This document shows positions 1 through 10,643 of a stretch of 64,000 nucleotides of DNA, one piece after another. Under the pieces are notes generated by a model. The model ran no database searches. It was not told where the DNA came from and saw only the letters and a program-made list of their open reading frames with translations. The stretch is from an uncultured Candidatus Puniceispirillum sp. (GTDB lineage Bacteria > Pseudomonadota > Alphaproteobacteria > Puniceispirillales > Puniceispirillaceae). The DNA is taken from NCBI GenBank assembly GCA_905182545.1, contig CAJJBY010000003.1:30892-94891 (forward strand), written 5' to 3'. How positions within the stretch are numbered: the stretch's first letter is position 1; every line of letters begins with the position of its first letter. Both the position numbers and the translations under genes were made by a program.

Positions 1-233
1 TCGCGCGTTTCGCCTTCGGTTGCGTAATTGGCGATGATATGGCTTGCACTGATATTTGCTTGGCCCTGTTCGACATAGGCATCGCCCTTGGCGATATAGC
101 TGCCGTCGGTTTGGTTCCATTCAAGCGAGTCATTCGCCTCAATCGTGATGGGAAGCGGCGCGGCCGTGCTGTTGCCGCTGGTGGTCTGTGCAAGTGCGGG
201 GGCTGTCAGGATTATAACAACTGCCAATGCCAA
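1..233 (-). CDS. lptA: LptA-like periplasmic LPS-transport protein, N-terminal part (runs off the window start)
   Basis: Hand translation of the minus strand gives a signal-peptide-like LAVVIILTAPALAQ. It is followed by PITIEANDSLEWNQTDGSYIAKGDAYVEQGQANISASHIIANY, an OstA/LptA-type N-terminus. It lies directly downstream of the lptC-like gene. The start is uncertain (TTG at 233 or 227); an in-frame TGA lies just upstream. Confidence 0.5.
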   Translation of the reverse strand, partial: MALAVVIILTAPALAQTTSGNSTAAPLPITIEANDSLEWNQTDGSYIAKGDAYVEQGQANISASHIIANYATEGETR

Positions 234-348
234 GCGCGATGTTGTGCAATATTTTGACGAAATCGCGATTAGATCGGTTCATAATTTGATCTGCTTTCTG
301 TCCAACCGGCCGGTTAGTTTGCCCAAAATACCGGTCTATTAAAAGTAT

Positions 349-1047
349 CTAGATTTTGGCTTTATTTGTTTTCGGTTTGACCGCGATCTTCGAAGTGGGT
401 GCAATGGCGTTGCTGTTTTTGATAATCATTTTTGCAGCTCCGCCAAAGACAATCCGCGCGCCATTGTCATAGACTTGCATGCTATCGGCATTGATGCGCC
501 TGTCAATATCCTGAACCTGAACCGCAACATCGCTATGCATCTCACCGGCTTTGAGATTGGCTTCAAGCGCTTCGGTATCGAGACGAAGATTACGATCAGG
601 CTGGGTCACCACAACCGCGCCAGACATGGAAACGATGTCGGTCTGTTTGTTGAAGACGCCTGCATTCGATTGCAGATTAACAAGCGAGCCATTGCGCATG
701 GTCAAAACGGCGGTTAGTTGATCCATGTCAACACGTCCCGACCCGTCAGGGGCTTCATTGGCTTTGGCAGCCGTGATTTCATAAGGTTTTCCGGCTGGCG
801 TTAAGCCGCGGTAGCGGGCACCGGTCAATTGAACTTCGCCGCTTTCGGCGCGCTTCACCTCTGTGATTTCCAGCGATACATCCTTGCCATTAGCCAAAAG
901 CCCAAGCCAGCTTGCAACAGCAAGCGTCAGAACAGCGCCAACGCCAACAAGCAAAAGCGATAATGGATAGCGACGTTCATTGGTGGCCTGGGCGGTTTTG
1001 GCGCGTGGGGTATAGCGGCTTTTTCTTGCTGGATCTGTGTTGGTCAT
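349..1047 (-). CDS. lptC: LptC-like LPS export system protein (single N-terminal TM helix plus beta-jellyroll region)
   Basis: 232-aa ORF. It has a basic N-terminus, one hydrophobic helix (YPLSLLLVGVGAVLTLAVASWLGLL) and then a beta-rich periplasmic domain. Its position upstream of the lptA-like gene is the canonical lptC-lptA order. Confidence 0.55.
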   Translation of the reverse strand: MTNTDPARKSRYTPRAKTAQATNERRYPLSLLLVGVGAVLTLAVASWLGLLANGKDVSLEITEVKRAESGEVQLTGARYRGLTPAGKPYEITAAKANEAPDGSGRVDMDQLTAVLTMRNGSLVNLQSNAGVFNKQTDIVSMSGAVVVTQPDRNLRLDTEALEANLKAGEMHSDVAVQVQDIDRRINADSMQVYDNGARIVFGGAAKMIIKNSNAIAPTSKIAVKPKTNKAKI

Positions 1048-1136
1048 GTGTATTGTCGTTTCCTAAATAATAGCCAGCACTGCCACTAGCCCGGCTGCGC
1101 CCCGATCTTGGCTGAATTTAGCTGGCAGGCAAAAGC

Positions 1137-1748
1137 CTAGTGATGAAAAATATCCATCTCGGCAAAGCCATCAAGATCAAGCTTGGCGCGGGTTAACAAA
1201 AAGGCAAAACAATGCGCGGCAATATCGCTTCGACCTTCGCGTTCCAGCATCATATCAAGGCGTTCACGAAGCCGGTGAAGGTATAAAACATCACCCGCCG
1301 CATATTCGGCCTGTTCAGGCGTCAAGGTCGCTGCGCCCCAATCCGATGATTGCTGCTGTTTTGAAATATCGATTTGCAATAATTCGCGGCAAAGGTCTTT
1401 TAGCCCGTGCCGGTCGGTGTAGGTGCGGATAAGTTTGGATGCGATTTTGGTGCAATAAACAGGGCCAACAAGTGGGCCAATGCCGTGGCTAAGGCTGGCA
1501 ATGTCAAAACGTGCAAAGTGAAACAGCTTTGTCACCTGCGGATTGGCAAGAAGCGACGCCAGATTCGGGCTTGGCATTTGCGGCTTGGCAATTTTGACAA
1601 GTTGCGCATCGCCATCACCGCCCGATAGCTGCACAAGGCATAGCCGATCGCGATGTGGGTTAAGCCCCATTGTTTCGGTATCAATGGCAACCACATCGCC
1701 AAGATCAATATCGGCGGGAAGATCGTCCTGATGGATATGAATTGTCAT
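1137..1748 (-). CDS. rnd: Short RNase D-like 3'-5' exonuclease (DEDD family)
   Basis: 203-aa ORF with the ExoI motif VAIDTETMGL. HFARFDIASL and YAAGDVLYLHRL match ExoII and ExoIII of the RNase D / DnaQ-like fold. Confidence 0.7.
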   Translation of the reverse strand: MTIHIHQDDLPADIDLGDVVAIDTETMGLNPHRDRLCLVQLSGGDGDAQLVKIAKPQMPSPNLASLLANPQVTKLFHFARFDIASLSHGIGPLVGPVYCTKIASKLIRTYTDRHGLKDLCRELLQIDISKQQQSSDWGAATLTPEQAEYAAGDVLYLHRLRERLDMMLEREGRSDIAAHCFAFLLTRAKLDLDGFAEMDIFHH

Positions 1749-1876
1749 CTATGCCTCGTTTGTTTTGTCCTTGCAAAGGCTGGGTCTTTTATCTTCGCAA
1801 AGGATCGGCTTTTTGCCAAGGGCGCGCACTTTGGTGCGGAAAGCCAGTAACGGCCGTGGGGCAATCAAAATGGCAA

Positions 1877-1962
<86 letters not shown>

Positions 1963-2261
1963 TTGCCATTGACCTTGCGGAAAACCGCTTCCTGTCTGAC
2001 GGCGTGAGAATAGCCACAAATGATGGCGTGTCAAACCTTTTCAATGGGCTAATGGCGGGAAAATGCGGCTTTCATTGGCGATATCAAATGCCAGTAAAAA
2101 TCTATTTTATGGGAAATCGGCATTGGTGGGATTGTAAAGCGGGGAGGCATGACCTAATTTGCAATTAATGAGTGCGTGGTGGCGATCCGGATATGGGCTG
2201 TGCCGCCAGCAAATAGAATCATCGCGCCGCGCCCATTGGCCGGTCAAGCAAGGGTAAATCA

Positions 2262-3215
2262 ATGCTCAATACAGTCGCAGTAATTGGTGGATCGGGGTTT
2301 GTTGGACGGGCAACCGTGGAACGGCTGGCGCGTGCAGGGAAACAGGTCATTGTTCTATGCCGCAATAGCGAGCAGGCAAAATATCTAAAGCCGATGGGCA
2401 ATGTTGGCCAGATAACGCTTGTGGCTGGCAATGCGCTTGATGAGGTGGTTTTGGAATCGGTCATTCGGCCTGCCGATTCGGTGGTCAATCTTGTTGGTAT
2501 TCTTGCCGAAGGCGGCGGGCAGCGTTTTGACGAGTTGCAGGCGCAATTGCCAGCGCATATCGGCGCGCTTGCCACCAAGCATGATGTTCAATCGCTTGTT
2601 CATGTATCAGCCATCGGTGCTGATCTTGAGTCGCCAAGCCATTATGCGAAAAGCAAAGCTGCTGGCGAAGCCGGATTGCGCAAAGCCTATGCATCAGCGG
2701 TGATCCTGCGACCATCGATTGTGTTTGGCCCGCGCGATGATTTCTTTAACCGCTTTGCCGCAATGGCAATGATTGCGCCAGCATTGCCATTACCTGGCGG
2801 CGGCAAAATGCGCATGCAACCAGTTTATGTTGAAGATGTTGTCGGGGCGATTATTGCCGGTCTTGGCCTTGGTGGTGGCAAGCTTGCCAAATCACCTGAG
2901 GGCAAGATTTTCGAGCTTGGCGGCCCGGATATGTTTAGCTTTCGGCAGTTGATGGAAATCACCTTGCTTCACATCCAGCGTCGCCGCCTGTTATTGCCTG
3001 TGCCATTTTTTGCATTATCATGCGGCGCTGCCTTTGCCGGATTGCTGCCCAATGCGCCAATCACGCTTGATCAGGTGCGGTTGCTGAAATATGATAATAT
3101 CGTTGGCAAGAAGGCGCTAACGCTTGCCGATCTAGGCATTACGCCAACTTGTGTTGATGCGGTTTTGCCAACCTATCTTGAGCGCTATCGTCCCGGTGGG
3201 CGGTTCCGGTCTTAG
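2262..3215 (+). CDS. NAD(P)-binding atypical SDR, complex I NDUFA9-like / NAD-dependent epimerase family
   Basis: 317-aa ORF with an N-terminal Rossmann motif VIGGSGFVGRATV. The overall pattern is that of the NDUFA9-like proteins common in alphaproteobacteria. Confidence 0.65.
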   Translation: MLNTVAVIGGSGFVGRATVERLARAGKQVIVLCRNSEQAKYLKPMGNVGQITLVAGNALDEVVLESVIRPADSVVNLVGILAEGGGQRFDELQAQLPAHIGALATKHDVQSLVHVSAIGADLESPSHYAKSKAAGEAGLRKAYASAVILRPSIVFGPRDDFFNRFAAMAMIAPALPLPGGGKMRMQPVYVEDVVGAIIAGLGLGGGKLAKSPEGKIFELGGPDMFSFRQLMEITLLHIQRRRLLLPVPFFALSCGAAFAGLLPNAPITLDQVRLLKYDNIVGKKALTLADLGITPTCVDAVLPTYLERYRPGGRFRS

Positions 3216-4030
3216 CTAATGCTTGGTGCAATCCAGCCTTGCGCCAATGCCAGCAATAGCAATCCACCAAGCGCCAAACGGTAATAGACAAAAATACCAA
3301 AGCCTGCCGTGGTAAACCAACGCATCATCCAGCGGATCGCAAGCCACGCAAGGCCAGCCGATAAAACCGCAACAATCACTGCATCTGCGCCAAGTGTGGC
3401 ATCGCCGCTTTTAACAAGATCAAGCGTTTTGAGCAAGCCAGCACCAGCAATTGTTGGCAGGGAAAGCAATAATGAAAATTGGGCTGCGGTGACGCGGTCA
3501 TAACCAAGAAACCGCGCCACGCTCATTGTCACGCCTGAGCGCGAGGCGCCGGGGATCAAGGCGCAAATTTGTACGATGCCGATGATCAGGGCATGTGGCA
3601 AATCGATTTGACCAAGGTCACGCCGGGTGGCAGGCATCTTGTCGGCAAGCCATAAAATGACCGCAAATACCAGATTGGCAATGGCAAGGCTGTAAACCAT
3701 GTCAAGCCAGTGCCAATTGGCATAATTGACGATATAACCGGCGATAATCACCGGAATGGTTGCCAGAACAAGCATGATGCCAAGCCGTGCATGATCTGGA
3801 TCATTGCGCCCAAAGCGAACCATTGCTGCCGCAATTACAATGATTTCCGCACGCAAATAAAAGGCAACCGCAACCAAAGTGCCAACATGCGCTGCCACAT
3901 CAATCACCTGGCCCTGATAGGCAAAATCCGTGACAATCGGGATCAGCACCAAATGACCCGATGATGATATTGGCAAAAATTCGGTCAGACCCTGAATGGC
4001 AGCAACAAGAATTAGCAGGCTTAGCGGCAT
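3212..4030 (-). CDS. uppP: Undecaprenyl-diphosphate phosphatase (BacA/UppP)
   Basis: Signature GLTEFLPISSSGHLVL near the N-terminus and PGASRSG in the second half, in a polytopic membrane protein. I prefer ATG at 4030, with AAGGAG 8 nt upstream, over the GTG at 4054 used by the ORF track. Confidence 0.88.
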   Translation of the reverse strand: MPLSLLILVAAIQGLTEFLPISSSGHLVLIPIVTDFAYQGQVIDVAAHVGTLVAVAFYLRAEIIVIAAAMVRFGRNDPDHARLGIMLVLATIPVIIAGYIVNYANWHWLDMVYSLAIANLVFAVILWLADKMPATRRDLGQIDLPHALIIGIVQICALIPGASRSGVTMSVARFLGYDRVTAAQFSLLLSLPTIAGAGLLKTLDLVKSGDATLGADAVIVAVLSAGLAWLAIRWMMRWFTTAGFGIFVYYRLALGGLLLLALAQGWIAPSIS

Positions 4031-4570
4031 TATTAAGGCTCCTTGCAAAGGCACTCTATTATAACGGCCTATTAGTTAAAGGCGCTTTATCAAACTGGCT
4101 AAATGGGTGGCATTGATCGCTGTCATCATAGGCGCAGAAGGTGATTATTGACCAGCATCAATCCGATTCGCCATCATTTACCTAATTAGTACCATTTCGG
4201 CCATAATACCGATAAGTATGACAGATTTACCTGCGTCATCTGAATCGCGCTTGCAATTATCACCAAAAAAAGGTAATGAATGTTGACTAATTAAAGATGT
4301 GATCGAGTTGAACCGTTGGAAACCGCAGATTGCATTCGGTGATTGCACCAAAATTTCTTGGTGATGCCAGCATAGTCGAAAGACGAATATCGTTTGGTGC
4401 GCTGGGATCAGGGTGTTGCGGCGGCGATGGACAGGCCAGCTTCACAGACGATAAGTCACCAGAAATGACCAAAAAAACCGCTTTGCCAATTTGATTAAGG
4501 GTATGCGGGGTTTGAAACGCCAGCATGAGCGGTTACGGCGCCAATTCTGAATTGATAGGGAGTAGCAGAT

Positions 4571-6017
4571 ATGTCATCAAAGATGTTGAAATTCGTATCG
4601 ACCGAAAAAGCCATGCCGGAAAAGCGCAAGGCTGAAAAGCGTGTTGCTGATTTCGATGAAATTTATGATGATTTCGATACTGTTAAGGCTGAAGCCCAAT
4701 CATCGCGCTGTTCGCAATGCGGGGTGCCGTTCTGTCAGGTGAATTGCCCGCTTCATAACAATATTCCTGATTGGTTGATGCTGACTGCCGAAGGCCGGAT
4801 GCAAGAAGCCTATGAATTGTCATCACAGACCAATAATTTTCCAGAAATCTGCGGTCGTATTTGCCCGCAAGACCGGCTTTGCGAAGGCAGCTGCGTGATT
4901 GAAAAAGGGTTTGAATCGGTCACGATTGGCGCGGTTGAAAAACATATCACTGAAACCGCCTTTGCCGAGGGCTGGGTCAAGCCAGCCGCGCCGCGTGTTG
5001 AACGGGTCGGAATCGATTGGCATCATTGGCGCAGGGCCAGCCGGACTGGCCGCTGCCGAAATGCTTCGCCATCGCGGCTATCAGGTGCACATCTATGACC
5101 GCTATGACCGGATCGGCGGCTTGTTGATGTATGGCATTCCCGGGTTCAAGCTGGAAAAATCAATTGTCGAACGTCGTGGTCAATTGCTGATTGATGGCGG
5201 TGTTCATTTCCATCTTGGCGTTGATATTGGCGGCGAGACCAGCTTTGCCGATATTCGAGCCAAGCATGATGCAATTTTGTTGGCGACCGGTGTCTACAAG
5301 GCACGCGACATCGCCGCCCTGGGAAGCGGGCTTGATGGCATCGTTCCGGCGCTTGAATATCTAACCGTATCAAACCGCAAAAGCCTTGGTGATGATGTTG
5401 CGGCATTTGATTCGGGTGCGCTGAATGCCGAAGGAAAAGATGTTGTTGTGATTGGTGGTGGCGACACCGCGATGGATTGCGTTCGCACGGCGATCCGTCA
5501 AAAGGCCAAGTCGGTTAGCTGTCTTTATCGCCGCGATCGGGCGAATATGCCGGGTTCACAGCGCGAAGTTCAAAATGCCGAAGAAGAAGGTGTTGTTTTC
5601 AAATGGCTGTCTGCGCCGCAGGCGTTTCTTGGTGACGACAAGGTGCGCGCGGTTCAGGCCCAGCGCATTCATCTTGGCCAGCCAGATGCAACCGGCCGGC
5701 AAGTGCCAGAAGTGATTGATGGATCAGCGCATGAATTGCCTGCCGATATGGTGATCAAGGCGCTTGGTTTTGATCCTGAAGATTTGCCAGCAATGTTTGG
5801 TCAGGACGGGTTGGAAGTCACCCGCTGGGGAACGCTGAAAATTGATTGGCGGACAATGATGACAAATCTGGATGGCGTGTTTGCGGCTGGCGATATTGTT
5901 CGCGGCGCTTCGCTTGTCGTTTGGGGTGTTCGTGACGGCCGTGACGCGGCCGAGGCGATTGATCAATGGATTATGGCCGCCGCTGATGCGCCGCGGGCCG
6001 CTGGTGCCGGTCGCTAG
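4571..6017 (+). pseudogene. gltD: Glutamate synthase small (beta) subunit, interrupted by a +1 frameshift as sequenced
   Basis: The 4571..5098 ORF carries the Fe-S cysteine motifs (CSQCGVPFCQVNCP, CGRICPQDRLCEGSC) and ends in nonsense after ...GWVKPAAPRVER. The 4899..6017 frame continues with SIGIIGAGPAGLAAAEMLRHRGYQVHIYDRYDRIGGLL... through to the C-terminus. The frames join at the GGG run 5004-5006. Removing one base gives about 481 aa. Confidence 0.9.
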
Positions 6018-6041
6018 ACCGCTGCATATACGGAGAGTAAA

Positions 6042-9000
6042 ATGACAAAGAGTTTTGATGAAGCCGCCTATCTTCAGCGCCGTGCTGCGAATGAAGCCAA
6101 ATTAACCGAAGCTGGTGTTTATGGCCCGCAAATGGAACATGACGCTTGTGGTGTTGGTTTTGTGGCGGCACAAGATGGCAAGCCTACCCGCGCTGTTGTC
6201 GAATCAGCCATCGAGGCGTTGCAAGCGATCTGGCATCGCGGTGCGGTCGATGCTGATGGCATGACTGGCGATGGTGCTGGTATCCATATTGAAATTCCCC
6301 GCGATTTTTTTATCGAACATATCGCGCGCACCGGCCATGATGATGATGGTGGCAGGCTGGCGGTTGGCATGGTGTTTTTACCGCGCACCGATTTGGGCGC
6401 GCAGGAACGCTGCCGCTGTATTGTCGAACAGGAAATTCTGGCTGTTGGGCATAGCATCTATGGCTGGCGACAGGTGCCGGTAGATATCAAGGCGCTTGGC
6501 AAAAAGGCCATTGCGACACGTCCGGAAATTGAACAGGTCATGTTTTCGATGCCGGTTGAAATGGATGCCACCGAGGCCGAACGCCAGCTCTATCTGGTGC
6601 GCCGCCGGATCGAAAAGGCCGTGATCAAGCATATGATCAATGATTTCTATCTTTGTTCATTGTCCAGCCGGTCGATCATCTACAAGGGCATGTTCCTTGC
6701 CGAGCAGGTAACGGCCTTTTTCCCAGATTTGCTCGATCAGCGCTTTGTGTCGTCTTTTGCAATCTATCATCAGCGCTATTCGACCAACACCATGCCAACT
6801 TGGAAATTGGCTCAGCCATTCCGCGTTTTGGCGCATAATGGTGAGATCAATACCATTCAGGGCAATCAAAACTGGATGAGCTGTCATGAAGACCGCATGG
6901 AATCGGCTTTGTTTGGCGATGCGATTGGCGATCTAAAGCCGGTTGTTGCCAAGGGCAGTTCGGATTCGGCAGCGCTTGACGCGGTTTTTGAATTGCTGGT
7001 TCACGGTGGGCGGCAATTGCCAATGGTGAAAACCATGATGATCCCCGAGGCCATTGATGTTGGCAGCGATCACCCGCGTGCCAAGCTCTATGCCTATTGC
7101 AATTCGGTTATGGAACCATGGGATGGCCCTGCGGCGATTGCGGCCTATGCTGGTGATTGGGTTGTTGCCGGTCTTGACCGGAATGGATTGCGCCCGCTTC
7201 GTTATGTCGTAACGCATGATGGGCTTGTCATTGCTGGTTCGGAAACTGGAATGGTTGTCGTTCCTGATACCAAAATTGCCGAACGTGGGCGGCTTGGGCC
7301 GGGGCAGATGATCGGCATCAATCTTGCCGAAGGCCGTCTTTATAAAGATGGCGAGCTGAAAGACGCGTTGACCAAAAAATGCGACTGGAGCAAATGGATT
7401 GGCCGCGCCAAGCAGATGGATTCGTTATTGGCGAATTCAATCGGTAAAGCAAGCCAGCCTCTAACCAAGACTGAAACCCGCCGCCGTCAGATGATGGCTG
7501 GCTGGACAATGGAAGATATGGAACTGGTTCTGCAGCCAATGGCGCAAACCGGCAAAGAAGCCATTGGATCAATGGGTGATGATACGCCGCTTGCCGTCTT
7601 GTCAAACCGCTATCGTGGCCTGCATCATTTCTTCCGGCAGAATTTTTCGCAAGTGACCAACCCGCCAATCGACTCGCTTCGTGAACGTCATGTGATGACG
7701 CTGCGCACGCGGCTTGGTAATCTTGGCAATATTCTGGATGAAGCGCCCGAGCAATGCGATCATTTGGTTCTAAATTCACCTGTTTTGACGGTGCCGGAAT
7801 GGGATGCGCTATGCCGCTATGTTGGCAAAAAGGCGGCCGAGATTGATTGTAGTTTTGAAAATGACGGATCTGAGACTGCCTTTACTGATGCGCTAGAGCG
7901 GATTCAGGCCGAGGCTGAAGAAGCGGTTCGGTCGGGTTGTGAGCATTTGATGCTGACCGACCGTAATGTGTTGGAAAGCCGGATCCCAATGCCAATGATT
8001 TTGGCAACAGGCGCGGTTCACTCGCACCTTGTAAGACAGCAATTGCGCACATTTACATCGGTCAATGTGGCCAGTGGTGAATGTTTGGACGTTCATCATT
8101 TTGCCGTTTTGATCGGGGTTGGTGCAACCACGGTAAATGCCTATGTTGCCGAAGCGGCGATTGCCGAGAGGCATGAGCGCGGCTTGCTTGTTGGCATGGA
8201 ACTTCGCGATGCGGTTGGTAATTTCGTCAAGGCGGTCGAAGAAGGCTTGCTGAAAATCATGTCGAAAATGGGCATTTCAGTGATTGCCTCTTATCGTGGT
8301 GGTTATAATTTTGAAGCGCTTGGCCTGTCACGGTCATTGGTTGCTGATTATTTCCCACCAATGTCGTCGCGTATTTCGGGTCTTGGCTTGAAAGGCATAG
8401 CAACGCGGGTAATCGAAATGCATAACAACGCCTTTGCCAACGATGATGTGCATTTGCCGGTTGGTGGATTTTTTCGCTACCGCAAATCTGGCGAACGCCA
8501 TGCTTTTGACGGGCAATTGATCCATGCCATGCAGCATGCTTGTGATACCGGTTCTTTTGAAAGCTGGAAAAAATACTCATCGCTGGTCAATGATCAGGGG
8601 CCGATCAATCTTCGTGATTTGATGGCGTTCAAGACGGCTGGTGAGGCGGTTGAGATCGACCGTGTCGAATCAATTACTAACATCCGCAAAAGGCTGGTCT
8701 CGCCGGGCATTTCGCTTGGCGCGCTAAGCCCTGAGGCGCATGAAACCCTGTCGATTGCTATGAATCGCATCGGTGCCAAATCGGATTCGGGCGAGGGTGG
8801 CGAAGATCCGGCACGTTTCAAGCTTCGCGAAAATGGCGATAATCCGTCAAGTGCGATCAAGCAAATTGCATCGGGCCGGTTTGGTGTGACTGCCGAATAT
8901 CTGAATAATTGTGAAGAAATCGAAATCAAGGTCGCGCAAGGTGCCAAGCCCGGCGAGGGCGGCCAATTGCCCGGAATCAAGGTTGATAGCCTGATCGCAA

Positions 9001-10580
9001 GGTTGCGCCATTCAACCCCGGGTGTGACATTGATTTCACCGCCACCTCATCACGATATCTATTCAATCGAGGATTTGGCGCAGCTCATCTATGATCTAAA
9101 ACAGATCAACCCAGACGCAAAAGTCTGCGTCAAGCTGGTGGCTTCGACCGGTATAGGCACAATTGCCGCTGGTGTTGCCAAGGCAAAGGCGGATTCGATT
9201 TTGGTTTCAGGCCATGGTGGCGGCACTGGAGCCAGCCCGCAATCATCAATCAAATACGCGGGTTTGCCGTGGGAAATGGGTCTGTCTGAAGTGCATCAGG
9301 TGCTGTCGATGAATGATCTTCGCAACAAAGTTGTGCTTCGCACCGATGGTGGATTGAAAACAGGCCGCGATGTCGTGATGGCAGCGATGCTTGGTGCTGA
9401 TGAATATGGCATTGGCACCTCATCATTGATTGCAATGGGCTGTATCATGGTTCGGCAATGCCATTCCAATACCTGTCCGGTCGGTGTTTGCACGCAGCGT
9501 GATGATTTACGGGCGAAATTTGAAGGCACGCCGGAAAAAGTGGTTCAGCTATTTACCCATCTTGCCGAAGAGGTTCGCGAAATTCTGGCAATCCTTGGCT
9601 TTACCACATTGCAGCAAGTGATTGGCCGTACCGATTTGCTGACGCAGGTAAGCCGTGGTGATGCCGCGCTTGATGATCTTGATCTCAACCCCATTCTGGT
9701 TCGCGCTGATAGCGAAGATGAATTGGTCAGCAGCCGTGGCGGTGCCCGCACCGAAGTGCCGGATACGCTTGATGCGCAAATGGTTGTTGATGCCAAGCTT
9801 GCGCTTGAAAACGGATCCAAGATGCAATTGTCTTACAATGTCGAGAACCCCCAACGTGCCATTGGCACAAGGCTGTCGTCGCATATTGTGCGGCGGTTTG
9901 GCATGACCGGACTTCGTGAAGGGCATATTCTTGTCCGGCTTCGCGGCTCGGCAGGCCAGTCTTTGGGCGCTTTTGCAACACAGGGTCTTCGCCTTGATGT
10001 GATTGGTGATGCCAATGACTATGTTGGCAAAGGCTTGTCAGGCGGCATGATTGTCGTTCGGCCATCAGCGGCAGTTGGGTTTGTTGCCAGTGCCAATACC
10101 ATCATCGGCAATACGGTTCTTTATGGCGCTACATCGGGCAAGATGTTTGCGGCGGGTCAGGCTGGCGAACGCTTATGTGTTCGTAATTCGGGCGCAACGG
10201 CAGTTGTCGAAGGAAGCGGGTCGAATGCATGTGAATATATGACCGGTGGCAATGTTGTGATCCTTGGCGAGGTTGGTGACAATTTCGGCGCTGGCATGAC
10301 TGGCGGCATGGCCTTTATCTATGACGAGGCTGGCAATTTTGAATCACGGGTCAATCGGGAAAGCCTTCAGCTTTTCCGGATTGCGCATCCGCATTGGGAA
10401 AACAAGCTTCGTGATCTTGTTGCCGAACATGCACGCGAAGCCGAAAGCGCTCTTGCCGCACGCATCTTGAACCAGTGGGAAAAGGCTTTGCAGAATTTCT
10501 GGCAGGTCGTTCCAACCGAAATCATTCCGGTTTTGGATGTGCCGCTTAAGCTCGAGGATGATCTGTCTGAAACGGCATAA
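6042..10580 (+). CDS. gltB: Glutamate synthase large (alpha) subunit
   Basis: 1512-aa ORF.
- N-terminal amidotransferase Cys (EHDACGVGFV).
- FMN/3Fe-4S central domains.
- C-terminal GXGXG repeat domain.
- Immediately follows gltD. Confidence 0.97.
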   Translation: MTKSFDEAAYLQRRAANEAKLTEAGVYGPQMEHDACGVGFVAAQDGKPTRAVVESAIEALQAIWHRGAVDADGMTGDGAGIHIEIPRDFFIEHIARTGHDDDGGRLAVGMVFLPRTDLGAQERCRCIVEQEILAVGHSIYGWRQVPVDIKALGKKAIATRPEIEQVMFSMPVEMDATEAERQLYLVRRRIEKAVIKHMINDFYLCSLSSRSIIYKGMFLAEQVTAFFPDLLDQRFVSSFAIYHQRYSTNTMPTWKLAQPFRVLAHNGEINTIQGNQNWMSCHEDRMESALFGDAIGDLKPVVAKGSSDSAALDAVFELLVHGGRQLPMVKTMMIPEAIDVGSDHPRAKLYAYCNSVMEPWDGPAAIAAYAGDWVVAGLDRNGLRPLRYVVTHDGLVIAGSETGMVVVPDTKIAERGRLGPGQMIGINLAEGRLYKDGELKDALTKKCDWSKWIGRAKQMDSLLANSIGKASQPLTKTETRRRQMMAGWTMEDMELVLQPMAQTGKEAIGSMGDDTPLAVLSNRYRGLHHFFRQNFSQVTNPPIDSLRERHVMTLRTRLGNLGNILDEAPEQCDHLVLNSPVLTVPEWDALCRYVGKKAAEIDCSFENDGSETAFTDALERIQAEAEEAVRSGCEHLMLTDRNVLESRIPMPMILATGAVHSHLVRQQLRTFTSVNVASGECLDVHHFAVLIGVGATTVNAYVAEAAIAERHERGLLVGMELRDAVGNFVKAVEEGLLKIMSKMGISVIASYRGGYNFEALGLSRSLVADYFPPMSSRISGLGLKGIATRVIEMHNNAFANDDVHLPVGGFFRYRKSGERHAFDGQLIHAMQHACDTGSFESWKKYSSLVNDQGPINLRDLMAFKTAGEAVEIDRVESITNIRKRLVSPGISLGALSPEAHETLSIAMNRIGAKSDSGEGGEDPARFKLRENGDNPSSAIKQIASGRFGVTAEYLNNCEEIEIKVAQGAKPGEGGQLPGIKVDSLIARLRHSTPGVTLISPPPHHDIYSIEDLAQLIYDLKQINPDAKVCVKLVASTGIGTIAAGVAKAKADSILVSGHGGGTGASPQSSIKYAGLPWEMGLSEVHQVLSMNDLRNKVVLRTDGGLKTGRDVVMAAMLGADEYGIGTSSLIAMGCIMVRQCHSNTCPVGVCTQRDDLRAKFEGTPEKVVQLFTHLAEEVREILAILGFTTLQQVIGRTDLLTQVSRGDAALDDLDLNPILVRADSEDELVSSRGGARTEVPDTLDAQMVVDAKLALENGSKMQLSYNVENPQRAIGTRLSSHIVRRFGMTGLREGHILVRLRGSAGQSLGAFATQGLRLDVIGDANDYVGKGLSGGMIVVRPSAAVGFVASANTIIGNTVLYGATSGKMFAAGQAGERLCVRNSGATAVVEGSGSNACEYMTGGNVVILGEVGDNFGAGMTGGMAFIYDEAGNFESRVNRESLQLFRIAHPHWENKLRDLVAEHAREAESALAARILNQWEKALQNFWQVVPTEIIPVLDVPLKLEDDLSETA

Positions 10581-10643
10581 TCATTGACTCCAATGGCCAT
10601 GCAAATGCCGATTGTGTCTGTTGTTACTTTTCTGTAAAGCATA

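Noticed and set aside
4108-4124. Possible sigma-54 (-24/-12) promoter TGGCAT...GCTG upstream of gltD
   Set aside because: The GG and GC dinucleotides are separated by 8 nt rather than the required 10, and the -12 element is not TTGC. It lies about 450 nt from the gltD start.
4055-4570. The long (516 bp) leader before gltD as a glutamine or other riboswitch, or an sRNA
   Set aside because: I could not find the conserved cores of the glnA/glutamine-II RNA motifs or any convincing conserved stem architecture. The 79-aa antisense ORF (4287..4526) has no recognisable features. This stays unresolved and is not claimed.
6119-10642. Numerous 60-130 aa ORFs, on both strands and in other frames, inside gltB
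   Set aside because: They lie wholly within a 1512-aa ORF with unambiguous GltB homology. Their Arg/Ser/Pro/Ala-rich translations are typical of off-frame reading of GC-rich codons. The same reasoning applies to the nested ORFs inside thrS, pheT, the GMC genes, ampG and the monooxygenase.
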